Positions 53,229 to 64,000 of a DNA stretch of 64,000 nt are shown here, piece by piece. Under the pieces are notes generated by a model that was given only the letters and a program-made list of their open reading frames with translations, was not told the origin of the DNA and ran no database searches. Source of the stretch: Podarcis melisellensis. Lineage: Eukaryota. Location of the stretch: assembly GCA_964234715.1 (NCBI GenBank), contig OZ174278.1. One strand, 5' to 3'. The position numbers and the translations under genes are program-made. Positions within the stretch are counted from its first letter, which is position 1. Every line of letters starts with the position of its first letter.

Positions 53229-53367
53229 TATGGATGTGGCCAAGGTGGGGCAGGGAGGGGCAGCTGCCCCCAAATCAATAAAAATCAATAAAATACATAG
53301 CAAACTGATGTTCTGCCCCCCAACAAAAGGCCTGCTCCCCCTAACAAAAATCCTTGTTCTGCCCATG
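53229..53367. mobile_element. short hAT-like element (decayed)
   Basis: tatggatgtggccaagg / ccttgttctgcccatg imperfect TIRs. Confidence 0.5.
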
Positions 53368-53487
53368 AGTAGTACCCCCTGGTTCTGAGACAATAGTAAA
53401 AGGAATTTGACCTGGAACATTTTTAACAATGGGCTATGTCCTCATCTTAAAGTGACTTGTCATCTGGAGGAACGGAGAAGTAGAATT

Positions 53488-53488
53488 C

Positions 53489-53533
<45 letters not shown>

Positions 53534-54630
53534 TTATTTATACCCCGGTCATCTGACTGGGTTTCCACAGCCACTCTGGGCGGCTTCCAACAGAATATTA
53601 AAATACAATAGTCTGTTAAACATTAAAAGCTTCCCTAAACAGGGCTGCCTTCAGATGTCTTCTGAAAGTCTGGTAGTTGTTGTTCTCTTTGACATCTGGT
53701 GGGTGCCACTACCAAGAAGGCCCTCTGCCTCGTTCCCTGTAACTTGGCTTCTTGCAGTGAGGGAACCACCAGAAGGCCCTTGGTACTGGACCTCAGTGTC
53801 CGGGCAGAACGATGGGGGTGGAGACACTCCTTCAGGTATACTGGATCAAGGCCGTTTAGGGCTTTAAAGGTCAGCACCAACACTTTGAATAGTGCTCAGA
53901 AACATAGTGGGATCCAATGTAGATCTTTCAAGAATGTTGTTATGTGGTCTCGGCGGCTGCTCCCAGTCACCAGTCTAGCTGCCGCATTCTGGATTAGTTG
54001 TAGTTTCCGGGTCACTTTCAAAGGTAGCCCAACGTAGAGCACATTACAGTAGTCCAAACAAGAGATAACTAGAGCATGCACCACTCTGGCGAGACAGTCT
54101 GCGGGCAGGTAGGATCTCAGCCTGCGTACCAGATGGAGCTGATAGACAGCTGCCCTGGACACAGAATTGACCTGTGCCTCCATGGACAGCTGTGAGTCCA
54201 AAAGGACTCCCAGGCTGTGCACCTGGTCCTTCAGGACCACAGTTACCCCATACAGGACCAGGGAGTCCTCCACACCTGCCTGCCTCCTGTCCCCTGAAAA
54301 CAGTACTGTCTTGTCATGATCCAACCTCAGTCTGTTAGCCACCATCCATCCTCCAACCACCTCCAGACACTCACACAGGACCTTCACTGCCTTCACTGGT
54401 TCTGATTTGAAAGAGAGGTAGAGCTGGGTATCATCTGCATACTGATGAACACCCAGCCCAAACCCCCTGATGATCTATCCTAGCATGTAGATGTTGAAAA
54501 GCATGGGGGAAAGGCCTAAATCCCGACGGGAAGGGATCCAAATTGTCCGCTTCTTCCAGGCGTGCCTGGAGTTGTTCAGCAACCACTCGCTCAATCACCT
54601 TGCCCAAGAATGGAAAATTTGAAACTAGCC
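53488..54630 (-). mobile_element. L2 LINE, 5'-truncated, with internal RT deletion and (TAA)n tail
   Basis: minus strand VSNFPFLGKVIERVVAEQLQ..LDPFPSGFRP, PMLFNIY, YADDTQLYLSF, ORF 53896-54396 (LDYCN..LQLIQNAAARL), 3' UTR. Confidence 0.92.
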
Positions 54631-55825
54631 TCCAAATCTCATAAACCCTGACTGGAGTTTATCTGTCAGGATCCTATCCTACCAAGGTCCTAGGGAGACC
54701 CTCTCCAAGGAAGAGGCATGGGTCCCTGTGAGTTTTATATGTTTGTAAAAAATGAAAGAAATTGTGTAGTGTTTAACCTGGGATTTTTGAACATTATATG
54801 TGCAACTGGCATAAAGAAGACAATATATAAGAAGGCTAAGTATTTTATGAAATGGGATACACAAGATTTCCTCCAACGGTAGTCAAGAACTCTTTATTTG
54901 ACATTAAATTTTTTGGTTCTGTGGTCTGTAAACTTAATTTAGCTTATTTATTTTGCGGCTTGCTCTACCATGTTTACAAATCTACCCCATGAACTGAAAT
55001 GCTATAAAAAGAACTCTTTTTCGTTCAGCATCTACTGTGTGATCAGTTTCAGCAGTGACAAGGTTAGCCTAAAGCAAACAAGTAGAATGAGTATTTCCTA
55101 AACCAATAGTAGGAGATCAAGAATTAGAAGAAAAAGTCAATTATTATTGACTTTGTTTTTTCATTAAAAGGTAATAGAAATTGTTTTCTGTTTCTCATAA
55201 AACAAGCATTTCTTACACTGTGCAGTAAGGATTTTTTATATTATGAAGACTGAGTTAAATTCTAGTTTTATTGACTTCGGTACAGGTATAATTTTGTTTC
55301 TGCCTTTTGCTATTATAAACATGACCTTGAAAGCTTTATTCTCTTATAACTTGGCATGCACAATGCTTTTTAATCTTTATATTAAATTACATTTGTAATG
55401 TATTAGGTAGATGCTAGAATGGTGCTCTAGCATCTAAGATACTTCCTTTTATCATCACCAACCACTTACAGCAGGGCTACTCTCCACTTTTTGTAGTCAT
55501 AGGCAAGCTGCCCTCAGGAGACCTCTGGTGGCAGCTGCCTGCCCATCTGCTTACCAGTTGGTTGGCTGCTTGTCTGTTCACAGTGCTGACATAAGACTCA
55601 TTTGCACATGGAGTCACCACTGATTTTAATTACAGCAGCCTTGCCTCAAATGTTTGTAGGTTGGCGACACCTACATAATGAAGGCAGCACTGGTGACTTC
55701 TTTACATAGGTATGTACACACAAGACAAGATGGGGTTTAAATCCCACTTCAGTACTGAAGAAAGTGGGTTGCTTCAGGTTGCCTCAGGCATGATCTGCTT
55801 TATCTTGGACTGAAGTCTCATGTTC

Positions 55826-55949
55826 CCTGAAGAGGCTAGTTTGTCTACAAATTCCACCCTTTTCTGACAAATGGTTAAAAAGTTACAGCTAATTTTTTAA
55901 CCATTTGTCAAAAATGGGTGGAATTCACAGACAAAGTAGCCTCTTCAGG
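55826..55949. repeat. 124-bp near-perfect inverted repeat (60-bp arms, 4-nt loop)
   Basis: arms match at 53/60 by manual alignment. Confidence 0.9.
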
Positions 55950-56235
55950 CAGGTGTAAAGGAAGGCTAACTGGCACCCAGTGCGGGGTGTTGGGGGGAGG
56001 TGAGGCAAAGCACACGGTGGCACAGGTGCTGCCGGGTGGTTTGCCGCTGGCGCCGCTCAAACGCCGTATGGATGGCTGCAGGATTCTCTGCTTGTGGCTG
56101 CAGCAGCGGCGGTGGGATCCTCCATATGTGGGGGCAGTGGGGTGAGCCCCTCACGTGGTGCCTTCTTGTCACCCCCCCCCCCCAGAGATGGCACCCGGGG
56201 TGAACCGTCCCCCACACCCGCTTCCTCCGCCACTC
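55950..56235. mobile_element. GC-rich hAT-like non-autonomous element
   Basis: CpG-rich insert with imperfect inverted ends ggaagg / gcttcctccgccact and repeated gcaccc motifs. Confidence 0.5.
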
Positions 56236-56759
56236 AGCTTCTATGAAGTCTACCAGTTTTCAGAGAAATATGTACAGGTGTTATTTTATGTTGCTTTGAA
56301 GTTTATAATATTTTTCAGAGAGCTGGTTACAATTTGAAGGCATGGTCAACTCTTTTCAGGGAATTTAAGACCAGCCTCAAGGGAATCCCTGAAAATGAGG
56401 ACTACTCCATTTGTGTGAACAGAGTTTCTAATCATACAGAAGAGTTGTGGACATGTAGGTCCCTTTTCTCACTAATGATGAACATAGAAGTGTCAGGAGT
56501 GGGACCAGACAGTGCTGTTTAGCTCCCCTTCTGCTCATTGATCATGCATGTATTATGTGAGACAGAGAGAACACGTGTTGAGGACAGAGAGGGGAGCCGT
56601 TATCAGGATAAGAACCATGTTTCCTTGTGAGCAACCTTCTGGTGGCTGCATGTTAGTAGTGGATGTGGACAGAGGCAAAATAGGTGGAGCTGCATACATG
56701 ACTCTTACCCACATTCCATCCAGGCAGCAGCCAGAGCTTTGTACACACAAGCACACGGG

Positions 56760-56784
56760 GAGAGAGAGAGAGAGAGAGAGAGAG

Positions 56785-56829
<45 letters not shown>

Positions 56830-56884
56830 CAGTCGAAGCAAACAATTGGTATTATCAAAGGACACATCAGCCAGGTAGAAGCAT

Positions 56885-56941
<57 letters not shown>

Positions 56942-56942
56942 T
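56760..56942. repeat. (GA)n and (AAT)n microsatellites; (AAT)n is probably the tail of a minus-strand L2 relic extending to ~57240
   Basis: direct reading. Confidence 0.9.
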
Positions 56943-59900
56943 CCTGCCTTTTTCCCTGGCAGAGACTCAGGGTGGCTTCCAGATAAATTCGAAACAGCTA
57001 TAAAAACATAGAGAAAAATCATTTAAGAATGATTCATTTATATATGTTCAGAGAGAGAGAGAGAGAGAGAATGTGTGTGTGTGTTTTATTAAAACATACA
57101 GTTTGTTATATTATAATGATACAGTCTGGGAGAAGCCACCAAACAAGCCCTCTCCTTTGTCCCCACCAAGTGTGCGTTGAGTAGGGTGGGACTGAGAAAA
57201 GGTCCTTCCCCCAAAGATCTCAGAGCCCTTACAGGAGAGCTACATTTGACTCCCGGGCCTGGGTTTTCCCTCTCTGAGATTGAGTTAATTGGCGGCATGT
57301 GCTGCATGGATTTATTTTTAAAGAGCTGCTGTGAAATACCCTAAAAGGAATTCTTCTGCAGCAAAGAAGTGCAGTAAAGCCAAACACAGCTTTCTACTTC
57401 CTTTTAACATTACTGCCATAAATGTGTTCCATGAAGGGGGAAAAAGAAGCAGCCAAAAATATTTATACTGACACAAGTATATGAATTTTTTCCTCTACTT
57501 TCCTTCATGCTAAAAATATTGATCCATTCTAGAATTAAAAATTGCTTTGGGGCAAAAAATAAAAAATAAAATTGCAGGACAATGGCATCCTGAATGTGCT
57601 GCTTTTGAATTTGTTCTAGCAAATTAAAAGGACGCCTCAGATAATGTAATAAACTGTGTTAAGCCTGGTGGTGGTACTAAGTCGGCTGTGATGCTGGAAA
57701 GATTTGATTCTCCCTTAGGTCATTTACTGATATGCTGAATGATGCTCGCTGAAGTACCAATCAATATGTGGTTCCGCAGGATACCTTTTCATCTTTTGAT
57801 TTGACATCATTTGATAATGTGTTTTTTCCCCGTTGCCATTTCCTCCACTTATCATAACATTGTAGTACTTTATGAGCCTTTCCTTCTTCATCTAACATGG
57901 TCCTTTTGAAACCTAGATGAAATATAACTATGCTCTCTCTCTTATCCTTGCAATCTGTTGGCACACTCTTATCTTCATATGATCTGTGCTTCTTAAATCA
58001 ATTTTAGTTATAATAGATAAGGTTCTATTGCTGTATACAGCATCACTAGGAATACATATATTCATGGAGCCTTTTATAGTATTTAGTTATAGAATTATAC
58101 TTGCAGTTGGAGGCAGGTTATACATGAATCTCAGAAAAATTCAGGCTATGAATATTAAGAATCAGATTCACTCAACTCCATAAGGGATTTGTATATACAA
58201 GTCCCGATAGCATTAATACTGGTGTCCAACTTTCTTAGATTCTCAACAGTATTGCTAGGGATTAAGAATAAAAAAGTCATCTATCTGCCTGAAGATGATG
58301 TTATCAGATCTGTTTTGCTATCCTAGGTGTCTGATTTGCATGGATATTGTAACGTTTAGCTTTTACGAAGTTCATATAAAAAATGTGACCAGGGCAAAAC
58401 AGTTCCACAAATTGTTGTCACATGTGGATGTGTAAATCCTTCCCAAAATGAAGACCCAGTCAATCATGAAGGTTGTGATAGCATGAGTCCTACTTGAGAA
58501 TTGCCTGTTAATGGAGTGTTTGGAAGCACTTCTCAGAAACAGGAATCCTGGTGATATAAACTGAAGGGCACAAAACCTTTATATCTCTACTGAGGAAAGA
58601 TATGCATGTATTTATGATTCTGAGCTGCCTAAAAACTTAAAAAAATCTACTTTTCCGAGGGATATAATGGACCAGACCATGAGAACCTATTAGAGCTAAA
58701 TTGATGTTAGCCAAACTGAGGGCCAGAAAGGCTGGAAATAGTGTGAGAATAGTTGTTGGGTTTGGGTGAGGCACAAAGTCAAGTCTTCACTCTTGCAACA
58801 TTTTCTAATGCTATACTGTTTCCTCTTTCCATGGACTAGAAGCAAAACCACAATAGTCTACAAGGTTCAGGGTAACTGCTGCCCTTCTCCTTGGTCCTCG
58901 GCTCACAGGATGCCACCTTGAGTCTTTTGCATTGAAATGACAGTGTTTATGGTGACACAAGGGTGTGATCTGGAGGACAATAAATAGCCTACCCTGCAGT
59001 TTTAGTTGCTTGGGTGTGTCTTAGGGTGATAGCCAACACCAGGCTGGTGGGCATGATGGGACTTCCCTTTCCTCTATTCTCCTTGAAGCCTTTGCACACA
59101 CCTCAAATCTTCTCCCCAACCCTCCAGAGCAGGTTTTGTAGATGCACAAGGACTGACTGCAAGGGGGAGAGGAATGGGAAGCCCCCACTCAGCAAGCAGA
59201 AGTCTGGTGTTCAAGTGAAATGCCACCATTATATGCCACCCATAACGTTGTTATGTCACATTACAATTTCATTATGCTACCCTATTTTTTATATATATTG
59301 TAATGTATGTATTGCGGTTGCATTTTATAGCCTGCTCCATTGTTAGAAATCCTATTATAAATAAATAAAAAATAATAATGTCATATCCAGAGATAACTGA
59401 ATTCTTAATTATAACTAGTGTGCGAGGCGATTGTTATTGTGTTATCTATTTTTTTGTTTTTTGGGGCCTGTAATCTTGAGATAAAGAGTGGTATATAAAA
59501 TACTTTTTTAAAAAATCTGAAGCACCAGCTTTAAATAAATATAAATACTGTTTTATTAATATTTTGACAAATTAATAAAATCATATTAGACCCAGCTATT
59601 TACAGATTTTTTTTATATATATATGATATATTCTGCATATGACCTTCTTTTAAAAATGCATGCGTATTTAATTAGTATTCCAAAATTTCATTTATTGGTT
59701 GCATTCTGACTCTGATATTTGCCTGGGGGGCTTTTGCATCTTAAATGGTGGAGCAGTGTTGTTGTTTTTAATTCCTCTTTTATAGCAAAGATAAAGTTGA
59801 CATAATTATTATATCTGCTGTTGTTGGAGTCATTCTTCTTGACATCCATGTGCCCTGCTGGCATTTTTACAGCAATCCAATTTTCTACATTTGTTCCAGC

Positions 59901-60862
59901 AACACACGTACACATGACATTTTCAAAGGAAGTGACTCAAAAATGAAATAAAAAAGTTGTGAGCCTGAAGTTTTAATCATGACTCTTCTGCCATTCATAG
60001 GGCAAGGGACAACAATGGCTGATTGACAGTGAGTTCTCTAATGACACTATGGTGAATCAAAGCTGTGCTGGCTCTAAATGGTCCTGAAATAGAAAAGCTT
60101 GGATTTCGGGGGATTTGGTGTGTGATTGAGGAGGAAAGAATGTGGGAAGCCTTATGGTAATCTTCTTTAATTAAAAGATCAGACAGTATGGGGGCTGGGT
60201 TCAGGTCATGGATTCCATACTGCAGCTGCATAACCCGCTTACATTTTGCTACAGTAGATTCTCAATGGAGAAATTGTGCAGCAGTGTTGCTAATAATACA
60301 GACTCAGATAACTCTAGATAAGCACCGCTAAGGGACAGCAGACCTCATTAGCATTATCTCACTGCTGCTCTAAAGTCCTGTGTAGATGACCCAGTGACAC
60401 AAGATGGTAAGTAACACAGTATAATCTTATCAAATTCCTGGAGATTCTGAATCCTGATGTCAAAGGTAAATATCTCACTGGATTAAAGTCTCCCTTAAAT
60501 ATGAGCTGTCTCCATGTTATGATTTCCCCAGAAGTCTCAAAGTCAATTAACTGATCTCTGTGAATTTATTGGAAATGCTAGCTATTTTTTTTTAATATAA
60601 AAAATAAGTAAATTGCATTGTTTTCAAGGACGGAAAGGGAGTAAGCAATTACTGTAGAAAGAAGCAATCTGCCAAATGTTGTTTTACATTTGGTCTGGGT
60701 GATTTCATTTGTATACCCTATGCCTTCTGGCTTCCTTCTACTGTATCAACTGTGCTCTTTGGGAGGTGGGTGAATTTCGTCAACTTACGGTGAGTACTGT
60801 GTCTTACCCAATTGTTACCATACTTGCCCCTACTAGTCTGCGGCACAAAGCATTCTAATAGA

Positions 60863-61036
60863 CAGTGCCGGATTAAACCCTAGGCAGTCAAAATATTGGG
60901 GGACCTCTCACAAATTATCTCCTAACACATTTTTGTAATTGTCTTTCAAGATCAAATCAATATTGTCACAGGGCCCCTAAAAGACGTGGGGTCTACAGGC
61001 CAGTGCGTACTTTGCCTATTTGGTATTACAACACTG
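60863..61036. mobile_element. non-autonomous hAT element
   Basis: cagtg...cactg ends with 8-bp TSD ctaataga / ctaatagg. Confidence 0.75.
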
Positions 61037-61369
61037 CTAATAGGCATTACTATTTCAGTGCTTTCTCCACATCTCACAAATTTATCTGACCATTTTACTT
61101 TGATGTTGAGCAAAGGGTCACCTTCCATTTCAAAAGCATGCTTGGAACTTTGGGTGGAATTTAAGCAAAGTAGACAACCTCTGCTTCCACAGAGTTCTAT
61201 GTACACATAAAAGCTTTGTATATGCAACAGAGCTTACGAGACTACTGAATTTTGAGTGCATGTTCAAAAATGATGCATGTTGTCAATAAACTGTCAGTAA
61301 GTGATCAAACACCAAATAAGCCAATAATTTTGAAAGAAGGCGACAAAGCTAATAGCTTGTAAACAAGAA

Positions 61370-61788
61370 GTTTGTTCAATTCTGAGCACCTCACCTCAGA
61401 AAGGATATTGTACAGTTGGAAACAGGCTAAAAAAATTTCAAGCCAAAGTGAGCAACACCACTCTGAGGAAGGCGGCAGCACTTGGGACCTTTTTCGTTTG
61501 GAGAAAAGGCAAGTAAGAGAAGTCACGGTAGAAGTTCATAAAATTATGCATGGCATAATCACAGGTGCCTATTGAGGTTGGAGGATTCAGGACAGCTAAA
61601 AGAAAGGACTTATTCATAAAGAGCACAGTTAAACTATGGAATTTGCTCTTACAGGAGGAAGGAATGGCCACCAACTTGAAAAGATGTTTTGATAAATTCA
61701 TAAAAGTAAAAACCATGTTCTGCCCCCACAGTTGGAGGTAGTATGCTTCTGAATATCAGTTTCTGGAAACTGTAGGACAGGAAAGTGC
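61370..61788 (+). mobile_element. CR1 LINE 3' fragment
   Basis: cctcacctcagaaaggatattg...ggagaaaagg...ataaaattatgcatgg...gattcaggacag...aaactatggaatttgct, the CR1 ORF2 end and UTR. Confidence 0.8.
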
Positions 61789-61897
61789 CTTGCTGGATCA
61801 GTCCAGGGGTCCATCTAGTCTAACATCCTATTCTCATAGTGACCAACTAAAGGTTAAAAAGGTAAAGGACCCTTGGACGTTTGAGTCTAGTCAAAGG

Positions 61898-62296
61898 TGT
61901 TGGATTACGCTCTGGGGCCACCTGCAAGCCCTGGAACTCCGAATGTCCTCCCGTGAGCGCAGCTGTGGAGAAGGCATTTCCCTCTTCTCCAGGGCGCTCC
62001 AGCGACATAAATCAACTGATTTATGTACACTAATCTTCTGGCTTAACACAGCAAGAAGCATAAGACATCGTTGGTCTAAACTATGTATTTATTTACACAC
62101 TATACACAGACAAAGCATAATGGTGTCTGTTCTCTTCAGCTCTGAGAACGACAGACAGATATAAAAGCGAAAGTACATTGTAACAGTACCCACAGTGGAA
62201 GAGATAAGATTGTTCTTCCTCTTCTCAGACTCTATTCAGACAGCATGAGAATTACACTAGTCACATATGCAGCATCAGAGGAGTGATTTGCTAACA
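61898..62296 (-). mobile_element. solo LTR-like insertion (~400 bp)
   Basis: TGTTGG...CTAACA ends interrupting the SINE exactly at gtcaaagg|cgact; minus-strand AATAAA ~62090; imperfect 5-bp TSD aaagg / tcagg. Confidence 0.7.
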
Positions 62297-62498
62297 TCAG
62301 GCGACTCTGAGGTTGCGGCACTCATCTTGCTTTCAGGATGAGGGAGCCGGCATTTGTCCACAGACATTTGTCCACAGGTCATATGGCCAGCATGACTAAA
62401 CCACTTCTGGAGCAACAGAACACTGTGATGTAAGCCAGAGCACACGGAGACATCATTTAGCTTCCTGCAGCAGCGGTACCTATTTATCTACTTGCACT

Positions 62499-62902
62499 CT
62501 CACAAGATTTAATGTATTGCCTTCAGCTGTACTTGAGGGACGATTCCACATAAAAAACGCTTATGTTGCTGTGGAGATGGCAGTACCGAATCGGCATTGC
62601 ATGCCCTTCTGGCTTGCACTCTTTATAAATACTTGAGGAATAAGGTTATCACCCCTCTTTTATTATCCATTCCGGGTCGTCCAACCACTGCCATGGTGTC
62701 CTTTCTCTTGGCAGATCAAGATGAGCAGGTGACAGCAAAGGTTGGAAGGTTTTTAGCTGGGACAATTAGAATATTTGACTATTGATTCAAAACCCTAAAA
62801 TGTATTTTATATAATTGACTTTTTATTTCTATTCTTTGTATATCGTATTGTTGTTTTATTGCTATGGCTGATGGCTGACGCAAATAAAGATTCATTCATT
62901 CA
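62499..62902 (+). mobile_element. LINE 3' fragment with C-terminal CCHC motif (RTE-X-like), (TTCA)n tail
   Basis: RFNVLPSAVLEGRFH / RLCCCGDGSTESALHALLACTLYKYLR; AATAAA plus (TTCA)n; perfect TSD tacttgcact (62489-62498 and 62903-62912). Confidence 0.82.
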
Positions 62903-63164
62903 TACTTGCACTGGAGTGCTTTCAAACTGCTAGGTTGGCAGGAGCTGGGACAGAGCAATGGGAGCTCACCCCTTCTGATTGGCAAGCTCAAGAGGCTTAG
63001 TGGTTTAGACCACAGTGCCTGTGGGAAGCATGCAAGGAGGACCTGAGCACAAGAACAATCTCCCCTGCTGTCATTTCCGGTAACTGGTATTCAGAAGCAT
63101 ACTACCTCTGACAGGGAAGGTACAACATAGTCAACAGGGTTAGTAGCCTTGGGGCAGGAAAGCT

Positions 63165-63357
63165 CAAGAAATAATGACCTGCCCAAGACCACCTACTATA
63201 TGACTTTCAGAGACATCTGAAGGTAGCCCTGTATCGGGAAATTTTATACGTTTGATGATTCGTTTTTAATACTCTGTTGGAAGCTGCCCAGAGTCACTGT
63301 GGCAACACAATCAGATGGGTAGGGTATAAGTAATACATTGTTGTTGTTGTTGTTGTT
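63165..63357 (+). mobile_element. L2 3' end with (TTG)n tail
   Basis: agacatctgaaggtagccctg...gttggaagctgcccagagt...cagatgggtagggtataa. Confidence 0.75.
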
Positions 63358-64000
63358 ACCACCAAATGAATTTCACAAATAACCAGGAATTTACATCAGG
63401 GTTATTCTCTCAAATGAATCAGATGCACCACCTACTGCACCATGAGGCATTTTCTGTCTCTAAGTATACAATTTGGTGTACCCATACTTGAAAAAAGAAA
63501 TATGCCATTGAATTTAGCAAGATCTAGTTCTGCAGCAATACCCATAGGTATATGTCATAGCTCTTGCAAGTAAATCGGTTCTATTTCTCTAGTGGTATGG
63601 AAATGGCTTTTGGTGAGATCATTCTAGCAGAAATACTTTGTACTGAGGAACTGAAAAATGAGGAGTGATTACATGATTAAGAGACATTTCTTAAATAAAA
63701 AGATCCTGTTGTTTTCCATCCTTTCCTTTGCATTTTAGTGTTGTGCTTTCATAACAGTTTTCCTTAAGGCATTGCGTGACAAGGAAAGAAATGTTTCTCA
63801 GGTCAATCTGTGTCAGCAGAACAGAACTGAACTCTTGTGATGACCAGCACAGAGATAGCTTTTTTTAAAAAAGGTCCTTCTTTAAATAAAACTGCCAACA
63901 AACAGAACATATTCCTATCCCTCGACACCATGTCCTAAGATTCAGATGTAATATAACAAAAGAGACAGAAATAACAAGGTGGGTTATCCTCAGATTACTG

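Larger units (their letters stand above)
61848..63016 (-). mobile_element. Sauria SINE split into three pieces by two later insertions
   Basis: aaaggtaaagg tail; cgactctgaggttgcggc...; tatttatctacttgcact; aactgctaggttggcagg...gaccacag. Confidence 0.88.
61789..63148 (-). mobile_element. CR1 3' UTR fragment (pieces 61789-61847 and 63017-63148) split by a Sauria SINE
   Basis: tgctggatcag...ccatctagtc...catcct.ttctca resumes as gcctgtgggaagc...actggtattcagaagcatac after the SINE. Confidence 0.75.

Noticed and set aside
56548-57003. ORF with ER and poly-N runs (similarly the HT/CV-repeat ORFs elsewhere)
   Set aside because: Translations of microsatellites.
4436-57912. Chaining the minus-strand exon candidates (57912, 43867, 14033, 4472) into one protein
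   Set aside because: The phases can be made compatible, but the product resembles no protein I know and the chain was selected post hoc.
60321-60340. Split REST/RE1-like site AGCACC-N6-GGACAG
   Set aside because: It lacks the TTC/TC 5' bases of the left half-site, so it is too weak alone.
1-64000. CRISPR arrays, operons or other prokaryote-type systems
   Set aside because: The sequence is vertebrate TE-rich DNA, with no regularly spaced repeat-spacer array or dense gene packing.

Overview
Vertebrate, almost certainly squamate and lacertid-lizard-like, judged from the Sauria SINE, Squam3-like SINE, L2, CR1 and RTE content. The DNA is AT-rich and intronic or intergenic, with two assembly gaps. 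I recognise no host protein-coding exon; nearly all ORFs in the track are chance ORFs or transposon remnants. The window is dominated by transposable elements: a young 5'-truncated Rex1/Babar LINE, fragments of L1, L2, CR1, RTE and RTE-X-like LINEs, several SINE families, Tigger/Tc2-type and hAT MITEs, and LTR-like elements. Less obvious items are a decayed Ty3/Gypsy pol relic (RNase H to integrase) missed by the ORF track, a decayed 7SK snRNA retrocopy abutting it, a multi-layer nested insertion at 61.4-63.1 kb, an 88-bp locally templated insertion, a TSD-less LTR/Ngaro-like element with a duplicated multi-hairpin module, and a 124-bp near-perfect hairpin. Speculative items are a minus-strand spliced transcript (TATA-like/Inr plus short exons) and a plus-strand ATG|GT split-start ORF. 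I found no convincing novel biological system, and all gene-like calls are unverified inferences.
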